Part shown: positions 29,816-38,963 of the stretch, one piece after another
Layout of the letters: each line of letters begins with the position of its first letter
Position numbering within the stretch: the stretch's first letter is position 1
Source of the DNA: Dehalococcoidia bacterium
GTDB taxonomy: Bacteria > Chloroflexota > Dehalococcoidia > Lucifugimonadales > UBA3495
Assembly (NCBI GenBank): GCA_030740155.1
Contig: JASLXV010000092.1
Span: forward strand, 1-52,125
Direction of reading: 5' to 3'
DNA: 52,125 nt
The notes under the pieces: generated by a model
What the model saw: the letters and a program-made list of their open reading frames with translations, nothing else
The model's database searches: none
Told to the model about the DNA's origin: nothing
Program-made: the position numbers and the translations under genes

Positions 29816-30952
29816 ATGAAGGTCACATTGTCAATCTTGAAGGCCGACGTCGGATCGATCGGAGGCCACACCAAGCCGTCGCAGCGGATGATGGACGCCG
29901 TACGGGGTGATGCCGCCGACGCGGTCAAACGAGGACTTTTGATTGATACCTTCGTCGGCCACACCGGCGACGACATCTGTATTGTTGCGTCCCACACCAA
30001 CGGTCCCAATAACACCGACGTTCACCAATTTGCCTGGAACACCTTCCTGCACGCCACCGACATTGCGAGTCAGTACGGGTTGTACGGCGCGGGTCAGGAC
30101 CTGCTGGTAGACGCCCCTTCGGGCAACATTCGAGGCGCGGGACCGGCGGTGGCCGAGGTGGAATTCGATCACGACCCGGTCAAGACCAACCAAGTCCGGC
30201 CCGCCGAGTCCTTCATGGTGCTGGCGGCGGACAAGTGTGGCCCCGGAGCCTACAACCTGCCCATGTTCCTGGGCTTCGCGGACCCGATGTATTGCGGCGG
30301 TTTGATGCTTCCCCGCCTCTGTGAAGGCTTCACCTTCAATATCATCGATATGGACAACACCGATGGGGACAGCATCATTTCCCTCAACGCACCCGAGGAC
30401 TACTACCGGATTGCCGTACTGCTGCGCGACAACGAGCGGTTCGGCATCGACTCCATCGTCTCCCGCAATTCCGGGCAGACCGCGGCCGCCATCTCAGCGA
30501 CCCGCATGCACAACATCGCCGGCACCTATACCGGCAAGGACGACCCGGTGGCCTTGGTGCGCAACCAAGGCATCTTCCCCGCCCCGGAGGAGCTGGTCTC
30601 CCCCTACGCCAAGGCGCACTACATCGGTGGCGACGCCAGAGGCTCCCACGTGATGCCCTTGATGCCGGTGCCCATCAACACCGCCGTCACGGGCATCTAC
30701 TGCTTGCCCTTGGTGTCCTGCGTCGGCTTCTCACTGAGCGCACGGGGCGAATTCTCCGACTCCGTGGTCGATTTCTTCGACAACACGGCTTGGGATTACG
30801 TCAGGCAGATAGCTCAGGAGAAAGCGCTTGCCATGCGCTCCCAGGGCTGGTCCGGCGCGGCCATGCTGCCCTACGGCGAATTGGAGTACTCGGGGTTCCG
30901 CCAGAGCATCGGCGATCTGATGGAACGGTTCGCCATTCGCGACGGCGACTAG
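29816..30952 (+). CDS. fbp: bifunctional fructose-1,6-bisphosphate aldolase/phosphatase (class V, archaeal type)
   Basis: KADVGSIGGH, GDDI, LYGAGQDLL, GNIRGAGP, RPAE, DKCGPGAYN and YTGKDDP (Schiff-base Lys) motifs. Confidence 0.95.
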   Translation: MKVTLSILKADVGSIGGHTKPSQRMMDAVRGDAADAVKRGLLIDTFVGHTGDDICIVASHTNGPNNTDVHQFAWNTFLHATDIASQYGLYGAGQDLLVDAPSGNIRGAGPAVAEVEFDHDPVKTNQVRPAESFMVLAADKCGPGAYNLPMFLGFADPMYCGGLMLPRLCEGFTFNIIDMDNTDGDSIISLNAPEDYYRIAVLLRDNERFGIDSIVSRNSGQTAAAISATRMHNIAGTYTGKDDPVALVRNQGIFPAPEELVSPYAKAHYIGGDARGSHVMPLMPVPINTAVTGIYCLPLVSCVGFSLSARGEFSDSVVDFFDNTAWDYVRQIAQEKALAMRSQGWSGAAMLPYGELEYSGFRQSIGDLMERFAIRDGD

Positions 30953-31183
30953 CCGAATTTCTCGGGTGTTGCTTCGAGAATAGGGTACCGGGGCACCTTC
31001 CTCGGGGAACAAGAGAAGGGCCCGTGCCGCTCCGCTGAATATGGAGCTGCATCGGCCCTTCTTTTCTGTTTCGCGGACTCTTCGGCGGAAGGGGATTGGC
31101 GCGGCTGGCCCGCCCTGCTCTTTTCTGGTGCTGGGCCGGGATTGGTGTTCTGGAATTGCGTATCGGGGTTTGAATCCGGAGCA

Positions 31184-31208
31184 GGGCGGGTATCAAACCC
31201 GCCCCTAC
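31184..31208 (-). repeat. GTAG-type REP
   Basis: Reverse complement GTAGGGGCGGGTTTGATACCCGCCC; a second GTAG palindrome lies at 37177-37199. Confidence 0.6.
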
Positions 31209-31279
31209 ATCACGGCACACGTCTGAGATTCCCTATTAGCCGTCCGCGGGGCCGCAGAGCCCGATGTTGCCGGGGCGAG

Positions 31280-33070
31280 CTATTCGGCGAGGCGCAGGGA
31301 CAGCTCCTCCAATTGGGCCGGCGTGACTGGGGCAGGGGATTCGAACAGGAGGTCGGAGCCGCTCTGGGTCTTGGGGAAGGCGATCACATCCCGGATTGAA
31401 CCGGCGCCGGCCAGTATGGCCACCAACCGGTCGATTCCTGGGGCAATGCCTCCGTGGGGAGGCGCCCCGTATTCGAACGCCTCTAGAATCTGACCGAAGC
31501 GGCTGTTGGTTTCTTCCTTGCTGTAGCCCAGTATGTTGAAAACCTTCTCCTGCAGCTCCCGGTGGTGGATCCTGATGCTGCCGCTGGCCAGTTCCGATCC
31601 GTTGCAGACCAGGTCGTAGGCCTTTGACTTGATGGCGCCCAAATCGTCGCCCGACAGCAACTCCTCCTGGCCTTCCGCCGGTGAGGTGAACGGGTGATGG
31701 GACGAGTCCCAGCGTCCGTTGGTCTGGTCCCATTCGAAGAGGGGAAACTGGGTGACGAAACAGAAAGCCAGGGATTCTGGATCGGCTAGACCGAGGCTTT
31801 TCGCCAGGTGATCGCGCATGACCGCCAGCCAGGCGTTCACGCCCCGAGCCGGGCCGGCCGTCAGCAATACCAGGTCTCCGGGGTTGGCCCCCAGGCGAAG
31901 GGCCATCCGGCGGCTCCACTCGGCGGGCATCCGTAGCCCCGGCGATAGCAGGATGTCGTCATCGCCCAACTCGTCCAACGAGCCGGTGCCCCGAAGCCGC
32001 ATGTGGCTCAAGCCCCCGGCGCCGGCGTCCTTGGCCACCTGCTCCAGCTCCTTGAGATTGTTACCGGTGTAGCCGGCCTGGCCGGGAACGGCAAACCCCT
32101 TGATTATTCCCCCCGCTTTGATGGTCGAAAGGAAGACGCGGAACTCGGTCTCGGAGGCCAGGTCGCCGGCTTCGGCCATCTCCATCCCGTAGCGCAAGTC
32201 GGGTTTATCCGTGCCGTATTTGCTCAGGGCCTCTTCGTGGGTGAGCCGGGGAAAAGGCTTGATCAGCTTCTTCTCGGGGGCTACCGTTTCCATCATGCCG
32301 GTGTACAGCTCCTCAGTCAGCCGGAGGATGTCCTCTTCTTCGACGAAGCTCATTTCCAGGTCCAGTTGGGTGAACTCCGGCTGGCGGTCGGCACGAAGGT
32401 CTTCATCCCGGAAGCATCGGGCTATCTGGAAGTATTTTTCCACCCCGGCCACCATCAAAAGCTGCTTGAGCTGTTGCGGCGACTGGGGCAGGGCGTAGAA
32501 GTTCCCCGGCTGAAAGCGGCTGGGGACCAGAAAGTCCCTGGCCCCCTCGGGGGTGCTTTTGATCAGGATGGGCGTCTCGATCTCCAGGAAGCCGCGGGCA
32601 TCGAGGAAGTCGCGGATATACTTGGTCACCCGGTGGCGCAACGTCAGCGTCCGCAGCATGGGCGGGCGCCGCAGGTCCAGATACCGGTAACGGAGACGCA
32701 GGCTTTCGTCCGCCCCGGAGTCCTCGGTGATGTAGAAGGGAGGCGTGAGCGACGGATTGAAAACGGTGGCTTCATCCGCCACCACTTCGATGTCGCCCGT
32801 GTCCATGGCCGGGTTCTCGCTGCCGGCCGGGCGTCGCCGGACCAGGCCCTTTACCTGGATTACCCACTCCGTTCGAAGCTGATCGGCAACCTGGTAGGCC
32901 TCTGGAAACAGGTCGGGGTTGAAGACCACCTGCACCAGGCCGGACCGGTCGCGCAGGTCAACGAAGATGATGCCCCCGTGGTCGCGCCTCCGCCTGACCC
33001 ATCCGGCCAGGGTGGGACGGCTGTCGATGTCTTCTATCCGAAGGGCGCCGCAATCCGCGCTCCTTAACAC
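31280..33070 (-). CDS. aspS: aspartate--tRNA ligase, probably non-discriminating (Asp/Asn)
   Basis: RDHGGIIFVDLRD, LRYRYLDLRR, ALPQSPQ, CFRDED..DRQPEFTQLD and GAPPHGG motifs; His in DHGG and Gly in RRPAG are ND-type signatures. Confidence 0.97.
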   Translation of the reverse strand: MLRSADCGALRIEDIDSRPTLAGWVRRRRDHGGIIFVDLRDRSGLVQVVFNPDLFPEAYQVADQLRTEWVIQVKGLVRRRPAGSENPAMDTGDIEVVADEATVFNPSLTPPFYITEDSGADESLRLRYRYLDLRRPPMLRTLTLRHRVTKYIRDFLDARGFLEIETPILIKSTPEGARDFLVPSRFQPGNFYALPQSPQQLKQLLMVAGVEKYFQIARCFRDEDLRADRQPEFTQLDLEMSFVEEEDILRLTEELYTGMMETVAPEKKLIKPFPRLTHEEALSKYGTDKPDLRYGMEMAEAGDLASETEFRVFLSTIKAGGIIKGFAVPGQAGYTGNNLKELEQVAKDAGAGGLSHMRLRGTGSLDELGDDDILLSPGLRMPAEWSRRMALRLGANPGDLVLLTAGPARGVNAWLAVMRDHLAKSLGLADPESLAFCFVTQFPLFEWDQTNGRWDSSHHPFTSPAEGQEELLSGDDLGAIKSKAYDLVCNGSELASGSIRIHHRELQEKVFNILGYSKEETNSRFGQILEAFEYGAPPHGGIAPGIDRLVAILAGAGSIRDVIAFPKTQSGSDLLFESPAPVTPAQLEELSLRLAE

Positions 33071-33244
33071 GTGCTTCTTCTCCTACTTTACCCGGCGAGC
33101 TTGGTATCCAGCCGTGGTGGTTGACTTCGCCGGCGCCGGGCTACCCGGCATGATAAACGTTTCCGTGCTGGTACGTCTGAATGGTCGGCTCGATTTGGAT
33201 CGTCTCATCTCGGCCGCCGAAGGCCGAGGTCGAGAGGGGCGTCC

Positions 33245-35032
33245 TCAGAGGCCTGGTAGCTGGGTGAAGATGTTCTCGAAGGGGCTGTCCTGGGCCTGGG
33301 CCATGTTCCGGACCGTATCCGCCAGCGCGTCGGGGTCGCTGACCGGGGGCAGGCAGACCGTATCCAGACAAATGAGGGCCCTGGTTGCTTGGTCCGTGTC
33401 GTCAATCGTCTCCAGCCTGATGTCCAGGTGCGGGTAGGGGACCCGAGCAGCGGCCCGCAGCATCGCCAGGGTGCCGGCTTCGCCGGGCCGGCCCTCGATG
33501 GTAATCTCCACCGGCGAGCTTCGCCAGAGGTCCACGGCCAGGCCGTAGGCGGCGGCAAACTCCCCGTAGTCGCGGTAGGCGTCGACATAGGCGCTCAGGG
33601 TTGCCTCAGCCAGTTTCCGGTAGTCGTCGCTTCTGGTGCTCCGGTAGAGCTTCAGCAGGCCCATGACCGCCGCCAGGTTCTCCGCCAGCGGCTTCTCCCG
33701 TACCTGCAAGTATCCCACCGCGGCAGTGTCTTCTTCAATATCGAAGAACCCCCCGTTGCCTTCGTCGAAAAATCGCTCCACCAGAACCAGGGCCACTTCC
33801 TTGGCCCGCTCCAGGTAGCCCGTCTGGGCGGTATGCTGGTGGGCGGACATCAGGGCGTTGAGGAGGTGAACCCAGTCGGTCAGGAACGCCGGCGCATCGC
33901 CGGGCCCGGCCTGGGTGTACACGTGGCTCAACCGTCCGGCCTGGGCCATGGCGTCCAACGTGGCCAGAACGTCGAGGGCCGTGCGCTCCAGGTCGGGACG
34001 CCCCAGCTTCCACGAGGCGTCCAGCAGCAAGGTCACCGCCCGGGCGTTACCGCCGGCGTAGCAAGACGGGTCTAATGAGGGGGTGGTTTGCTCGCGGCGC
34101 AGGGCCGGCGAGAGCCCGAAATACTCAGAGTGGGCGCCCTGGCTGCCGAGGAACCCGGGCACTCCGCCGTCGAGCAGTTGGCCCACGACGTAATCGATGG
34201 TGCTGGCGGCAACCTGGCGATACTCCTCGCAATCCAGCAGCGGCCAGGCATCAAGGTAGACCCGGGCCAGGTCAACGTTCTCCTCCAGCAGTTTCTCCCA
34301 TTGGGGCTCCGACCAGTCCGCCTTGCCGCAGTGGCGGAAGAAGCCGCCCTCCTCCCGGTCGAAGATACCGCCCGCGGCCATACCGTCGAGGGTCTTTCGA
34401 AGCATGGCGCGGTAGAAGTCCTCGCCGGTGGTGCGGGCCAGGTGGACCAGGAAGCCGAGGACCGGCGCGTTGGGGAATTTGGGTTCATCCCCGAAGCCGC
34501 CGTGGGTGGCGTCGTAGGCGCCGGCCACGCTTCGGGCCGCCCGGTCCACCAGCGACTCCACGATTTCGGGTCCGGCCATCACCCGGCCGGCCTGCGCTTT
34601 CCGCTGGCGGAGCAGCTCCCGCGCCTGCTCGTAGAGTTGGGGTTTCTGTTCCTGGTAGGCCTGCTGCAGCTCGGCGAGCATCGCCAGGAATTGGTCCGGT
34701 GGCAGGTAGGTAGCCGCTCCGATCAGGCCGCCGTGGCCGGTCAAGAAGGCGGTTGAGGGCCAGCCGCCCACGTTGTAGCGGGCATTGATGTCCGGACGGT
34801 GGTCGCTGTCGACCCGGATCGCCACGAAGTGCTCGCCGATGAACCGCGCCACATCGGGGTCGGAGTAAGAGGTCTCATCCATGACGTGGCACCAGAAGCA
34901 CCACACCGCGGAGATGGCGAGCAGCACCGGCTTGTCTTCTTCCTGGGCCTTGGCGAAAGCGGCATCGCCCCACGGCTGCCAGTCGATCTGGTGGGCCAAG
35001 TTGGGGTTGGGCGAGAAACGGAAGCTAGACAC
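33245..35032 (-). CDS. thioredoxin-domain/DUF255 (YyaL/SPATA20-like) protein; start approximate
   Basis: IDWQPWGD.AF..A..EDKPVLL.I...WCFWCHVMD, GGWPST, GGFG..PKFP and GGIFD..GGFFR motifs. Confidence 0.88.
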   Translation of the reverse strand: MSSFRFSPNPNLAHQIDWQPWGDAAFAKAQEEDKPVLLAISAVWCFWCHVMDETSYSDPDVARFIGEHFVAIRVDSDHRPDINARYNVGGWPSTAFLTGHGGLIGAATYLPPDQFLAMLAELQQAYQEQKPQLYEQARELLRQRKAQAGRVMAGPEIVESLVDRAARSVAGAYDATHGGFGDEPKFPNAPVLGFLVHLARTTGEDFYRAMLRKTLDGMAAGGIFDREEGGFFRHCGKADWSEPQWEKLLEENVDLARVYLDAWPLLDCEEYRQVAASTIDYVVGQLLDGGVPGFLGSQGAHSEYFGLSPALRREQTTPSLDPSCYAGGNARAVTLLLDASWKLGRPDLERTALDVLATLDAMAQAGRLSHVYTQAGPGDAPAFLTDWVHLLNALMSAHQHTAQTGYLERAKEVALVLVERFFDEGNGGFFDIEEDTAAVGYLQVREKPLAENLAAVMGLLKLYRSTRSDDYRKLAEATLSAYVDAYRDYGEFAAAYGLAVDLWRSSPVEITIEGRPGEAGTLAMLRAAARVPYPHLDIRLETIDDTDQATRALICLDTVCLPPVSDPDALADTVRNMAQAQDSPFENIFTQLPGL

Positions 35033-35199
35033 CGGGCTTCCCGTGGCGGGTTCGATATCCGACGTGGCGTGATCCCCTTTGGCCCTCGGCGATAGTGGGT
35101 GTTCCAGCGGGAGCCGCCACCGCTGAGTGGCAGGGCGCTGAAGGCTAACGTTAGCATAGCACTCCCGGTTTTTCAATCGACGCTTGGCTTTAGGCCGGA

Positions 35200-35234
35200 C
35201 CCTCACCCTCGTTCCCTCTCCCATTGGGAGAGGG
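35200..35234. repeat. REP-like palindrome (CCCTCACCC..CCCTCTCCC..GGGAGAGGG family)
   Basis: CCCTCTCCC-ATT-GGGAGAGGG hairpin preceded by CCCTCACCC. Confidence 0.6.
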
Positions 35235-35398
35235 ATGCTCTGGCGCAGCCTGGGCTGGGTGAGGGCCCGCCGATGCCAGCCCCCCCGGCAGACGAAGGGC
35301 CGGGCTTGAAATACTCGCTGTGCTATACTCGTCTCCGCCCCGGCCGGGTCCGGCCGTTCGGGCCGGTGGGATTCCACTGCCACAACTATGAGGTAGCC

Positions 35399-36196
35399 AT
35401 GGTCGAGCTTATTGAGTCTAAAACCAATCCTTTCGGCGGAATCGTCGTTCAACCGGAGGTCCTGCCCGATGATCCGGGAGAGTTCCGGAACCGGCTCAGC
35501 TCCTCGTTGGGTTCGTGGCGCTCGGCTGGCCGCCTGGCGGTGTGGCTGGAGGTGCCGATCGCCCGAGCGGCGTTGGTGCCCGTGGCGGTGGAAGCCGGGT
35601 TCTCGTACCACCACTCCGGGGAGGACTACCTGATGCTGACCCTCCGGCTGGTGGAGGACGCTCACATCCCGCCCTACGCATCGCATTACATCGGCGCCGG
35701 TGGCGTGGTGATCAACGACCGGGAGGAACTGCTGGTGGTGCGCGAGAGGGTTGGCTTTGGTGGCCGGCCCCCCATGCCGAAACTGCCCGGAGGCGCTCTC
35801 GGCGCGGGGGAGCACCTGGAGGACGCGGTGGTCCGGGAGGTCCTGGAGGAGACCGGGGTCGAGACACGTTTCGAGTCGATAGTGTGCTTTCGCCACTGGC
35901 ACGGTTACCGGTACGGAAAATCGGACATCTACTTCGTGTGCCGTCTGAGGCCCGTTAGCGAGACTATAACGATGCAGAGCGAAGAACTGCAGGAGTGCCT
36001 GTGGATGCCGGTGGGAGATTTCCTGGGGCGCGAAGACATCAGTGATTTCACCAAATGGATAGTCCGGGCCGGAATGGGGTCTCCTGGCTTCGTGCTCGCC
36101 ACGGTGGGAGGGTATGGAGATTCCACCAGGCGGGAGTTTTTTGAGGCGACGGCGCCGGAGTTGGTGTCCTTTCGCGGGCGGCGCTCGAGAGCCTAG
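35399..36196 (+). CDS. NUDIX hydrolase with N-terminal extension (NUDT6/AtNUDT2-like architecture)
   Basis: Nudix box GGALGAGEHLEDAVVREVLEETGV; AVWLEVP, GFSYHH, IPPYASHYIGAGG and FRHWH..YGKSDIYFVC motifs; SD GAGG. Confidence 0.88.
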   Translation: MVELIESKTNPFGGIVVQPEVLPDDPGEFRNRLSSSLGSWRSAGRLAVWLEVPIARAALVPVAVEAGFSYHHSGEDYLMLTLRLVEDAHIPPYASHYIGAGGVVINDREELLVVRERVGFGGRPPMPKLPGGALGAGEHLEDAVVREVLEETGVETRFESIVCFRHWHGYRYGKSDIYFVCRLRPVSETITMQSEELQECLWMPVGDFLGREDISDFTKWIVRAGMGSPGFVLATVGGYGDSTRREFFEATAPELVSFRGRRSRA

Positions 36197-36200
36197 CGCT

Positions 36201-37036
36201 TCATTCAATCTTGACGTATTTCTGAATGCCCGGTCTGAACACATCTGCTCCATACACGTCCCCCCGGGAGTCCGTGTACACGTTGTGCGCGTGTCCCAGG
36301 GTCCGCCCCCGAGCTAGGATTCCCCATCTAGGTTCAGAATGCTCAGACGGGGGACCTGATCGGTTACGTATGCAACCTGGTTGGCATCGATGTGTATCCC
36401 CATCGGGGCCTTGAAATCGGTCCACTGGCTGATATACTCTCCGTCCCCTGTAAACACCTGCACCCGGTGGTTCTCCCGGTCGCACACGAATACCCGCCCG
36501 TCGTTCGAGACCCGAACGCTGTGGGGGACCCGGAACTGCCCCGGACCGCTGCCCGGACTCCCGAAAGAGGAGAGGTACTTGCCGCTGGCGCTAAACCGGT
36601 GGACGCTAGAGTTGGCGTACCCGTCGGACACGTAGATATCGCCGGTCGGGGACACCGCCACATCGGTTGGATGGTTGAAAGGTGCCTGAAGTGAGGCCCG
36701 GTACCTGGTCCCCAGGGCCATCACCAGTTCGCCGCCGGTGGTGTATTTCAACACCTGGTGGGAGTCTCGGTCGGCGAGATAGACGCCGTCGTCGGGGCCG
36801 ATGTAGATGTGGTGGGAATCTTCCAACTCGCCCGGACGCCTGGGCCACGCGTCCAGGAAATAGCCGTCTCGGTCGAAGACCAGCACAGGGGGGCCGGCGC
36901 GCTGGAACAGGTAGACCCTGTCCTGGGAGTCCACCGCCAGCGCGCTGGGGAACTGGAACGTCTGCCCCGGAGGGAGCCGCGCCCAATCGCCGTGATACTC
37001 GTAGACGTAATCGCCCATCCCGATGATCGTAGCCAT
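36201..37036 (-). pseudogene. NHL-repeat / peptidyl-alpha-hydroxyglycine amidating lyase-like protein with a frameshift near 36320
   Basis: FNHPTDVAV..GDIYVSDGYAN and GQFRVPH..DRENHRVQVF; frame ends LDGES* while an adjacent frame continues ILARGR..HAHNVYTDSRGDVY..IQKYVK. Confidence 0.75.
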
Positions 37037-37293
37037 GCTGGGCCTCCTTCATGCTCCAGGTACCCACCCAGGCGCGCTGGCGGAGCAGCCCTGTCCAGCA
37101 ACCCCCGGAGTCGAAGTGCCGGGACCGGGGTGTCTCGCAAGCCTGGGTATCCACGCCGGTTCCAGTGGCCGGTCGCGGCGGGGTTAACCCCGACTCTACC
37201 ATAACGTCTGGGGTGGTCCCCTGCCACTCGTATACCTTCTGGTTCTACGCCAACGGCCAGCCATAGGACCGGACCGGTGGAGACAGGCCAAAC

Positions 37294-37340
37294 GCGGTTG
37301 ACTTCGCCGCGGTTGACTTCGCCAAGGAAGCGTGGATAAT
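37294..37340 (+). promoter_or_regulatory. promoter with a tandemly duplicated -35 region
   Basis: GCGGTTGACTTCGCC present twice; second TTGACT-N16-GATAAT. Confidence 0.5.
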
Positions 37341-37359
37341 AGGCCGGGGGTGAAGCAAA

Positions 37360-37794
37360 GTGGAATTACTATTCATCTTACGCGACGCCCGAGAGGACGC
37401 CCTGCTGAGCACGGTGGTGATGGCCATGGAGGCGCAGAAGGCGGGCGCTGAAACGGGCATCTTGTTCACAGGAGAAGCCATCGCGGCGCTGTCGGGGAAG
37501 CCCTTCAACTGGGCGCCGCTGCTCGTGGACTGGGACACTCGCATACTGGTTTCCCGGACCGCCACGGAGATGGGGTATCCCCTGGCCAGCACTGGGGACA
37601 AACGCATGCGCTGGACGAAGCCTCTACAGCTCCTGCCGGCGGCCAAAGACGCAGGGGTTCGCCTCATGGCCGATCCCCTCTGGTCGAAGCTGCTCAACGC
37701 CGAGGAGAAGCTTCCCGGGGAGTTGGAGCGCCCGGACATGGCCTCCCTCCTCCAGGAGCTACGAAAAACCCAGAAGGTCATCGGCACCTTCTAG
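37360..37794 (+). CDS. DsrE/DrsH-like fold protein lacking cysteine
   Basis: MAMEA..AG.E.GILFTGEAI..L and AKDAGVRLMAD resemble the DsrE_2 pattern. Confidence 0.65.
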   Translation: MELLFILRDAREDALLSTVVMAMEAQKAGAETGILFTGEAIAALSGKPFNWAPLLVDWDTRILVSRTATEMGYPLASTGDKRMRWTKPLQLLPAAKDAGVRLMADPLWSKLLNAEEKLPGELERPDMASLLQELRKTQKVIGTF

Positions 37795-37811
37795 AGTCTG
37801 TCTCAAAACGG

Positions 37812-37877
37812 GGTTCGACAAGCTCCCCACGAACGGTGGAGTAACTCTCTTTCCCTTCGTCCCGAGTCTGCCGAACG
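37812..37877. repeat. REP-type palindromic repeat (same family as 5860-5946)
   Basis: GGTTCGACAAGCTCCCCACGAACGG ... CCCTTCGTCCCGAGTCTGCCGAACG. Confidence 0.65.
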
Positions 37878-37932
37878 CCGGCTCATTCCAGGTCGTGCGG
37901 TCTGGACACAGTTATTCAGTAAGGAGGGTCCC

Positions 37933-38799
37933 ATGGGATGGACGGCGTGGGAAAAGCCCGAGGCATTTCGAGCATTCGAGCACATTCATTATGAGAAGAA
38001 GCAGCACGTCGAGTTGGGCGGGGGCATAGCCCGCGTTACCATCGACCGGCCCATCGTAATCAACGCCTTCAATGGCCAGACTATCTCTGAGTTCACCCAG
38101 GCCTTCAAGGACGCGGAAAGCGACAACACAATCGCCGCCATCATCGTCACCGGCGCCGGGGGCAACTTCTGCAGCGGCGGCGACGTGACCTGGGAAGCCG
38201 AAGCTAACTTCCAGGACTCGGTGGGCTCGGAGCCGGACTTGAACCGGCTGGTACGGGTGTGCCCCAAGGTGGTCATCGCCCAGGTGGCCGGCTATTCCAT
38301 CGGCGGGGGCAACCACCTGGCCTACACCTGCGACATCACCATCGCGGCCGATACCGCCATCTTCGGGCACAACGGGGCCCGGGTGGGCAGCCCGCATCAC
38401 GGTTACACCGTGGCGCTGTCGGCGCTGATCATGGGAATGAAGCGGGCTAAGGAGATGCACTTCTTCCTTCCTCGCTACACCGCGCAGGAGGCCTTCCAGT
38501 TGGGCCTGGTCAACAAGGTGGTGCCCCTGGACGGTCTGGAGGACGAGGTGGACCGGTGGTGCGAGCAACTCCTCGCGGTGAGCCCCACCTGCATCCAACT
38601 CCGAAAACGCTCCTTCAACGCCATGATGGACATGATCCGGGCCTTCACCGGACCCCACGGGGAGCTGCTTCAGGAGCACGCGCCCGATTTCCTCACCAGC
38701 CAGGAACGCCAGGAGTGCCTGACGGCGTTTGCCGAGTTTCGGACGCCCCGCCCCTATCCGGCCTACGTCGCCGAGCACGGCGGGACTCAGGCCAACTAA
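37933..38799 (+). CDS. MenB/BadI-type crotonase (2-ketocyclohexanecarboxyl-CoA hydrolase-like)
   Basis: FCSGGD, VAGYSIGGGNHL, RVGS, RYTAQEA..LGLVNKVVP and SPTC...KRSFN motifs; cluster context. Confidence 0.8.
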   Translation: MGWTAWEKPEAFRAFEHIHYEKKQHVELGGGIARVTIDRPIVINAFNGQTISEFTQAFKDAESDNTIAAIIVTGAGGNFCSGGDVTWEAEANFQDSVGSEPDLNRLVRVCPKVVIAQVAGYSIGGGNHLAYTCDITIAADTAIFGHNGARVGSPHHGYTVALSALIMGMKRAKEMHFFLPRYTAQEAFQLGLVNKVVPLDGLEDEVDRWCEQLLAVSPTCIQLRKRSFNAMMDMIRAFTGPHGELLQEHAPDFLTSQERQECLTAFAEFRTPRPYPAYVAEHGGTQAN

Positions 38800-38963
38800 G
38801 GATTCGCTTTGCCGGCCGGCCCGCCGGGTCGCTGCGAGAACCAAAACGCAGTTTCATTCCTAGGCAGGCTCACGAAGGCCTCTGGTGAGCGCCATTTTTG
38901 GGTAATGGCCCTCGCCCCGTTGATTTGCGGAGATAATCAGTCCACAAGGGCCAGGGGGAGAAC

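Noticed and set aside
33245..36253. 1002-aa ORF as one giant protein
   Set aside because: The first ~400 codons are the antisense of the NUDIX gene and an intergenic REP; recognisable YyaL-like sequence begins only near 35030.
37933..38799. menB (menaquinone biosynthesis)
   Set aside because: No other men genes nearby; the neighbours are BadH-, AliB- and AliA-like, so a catabolic role fits better.
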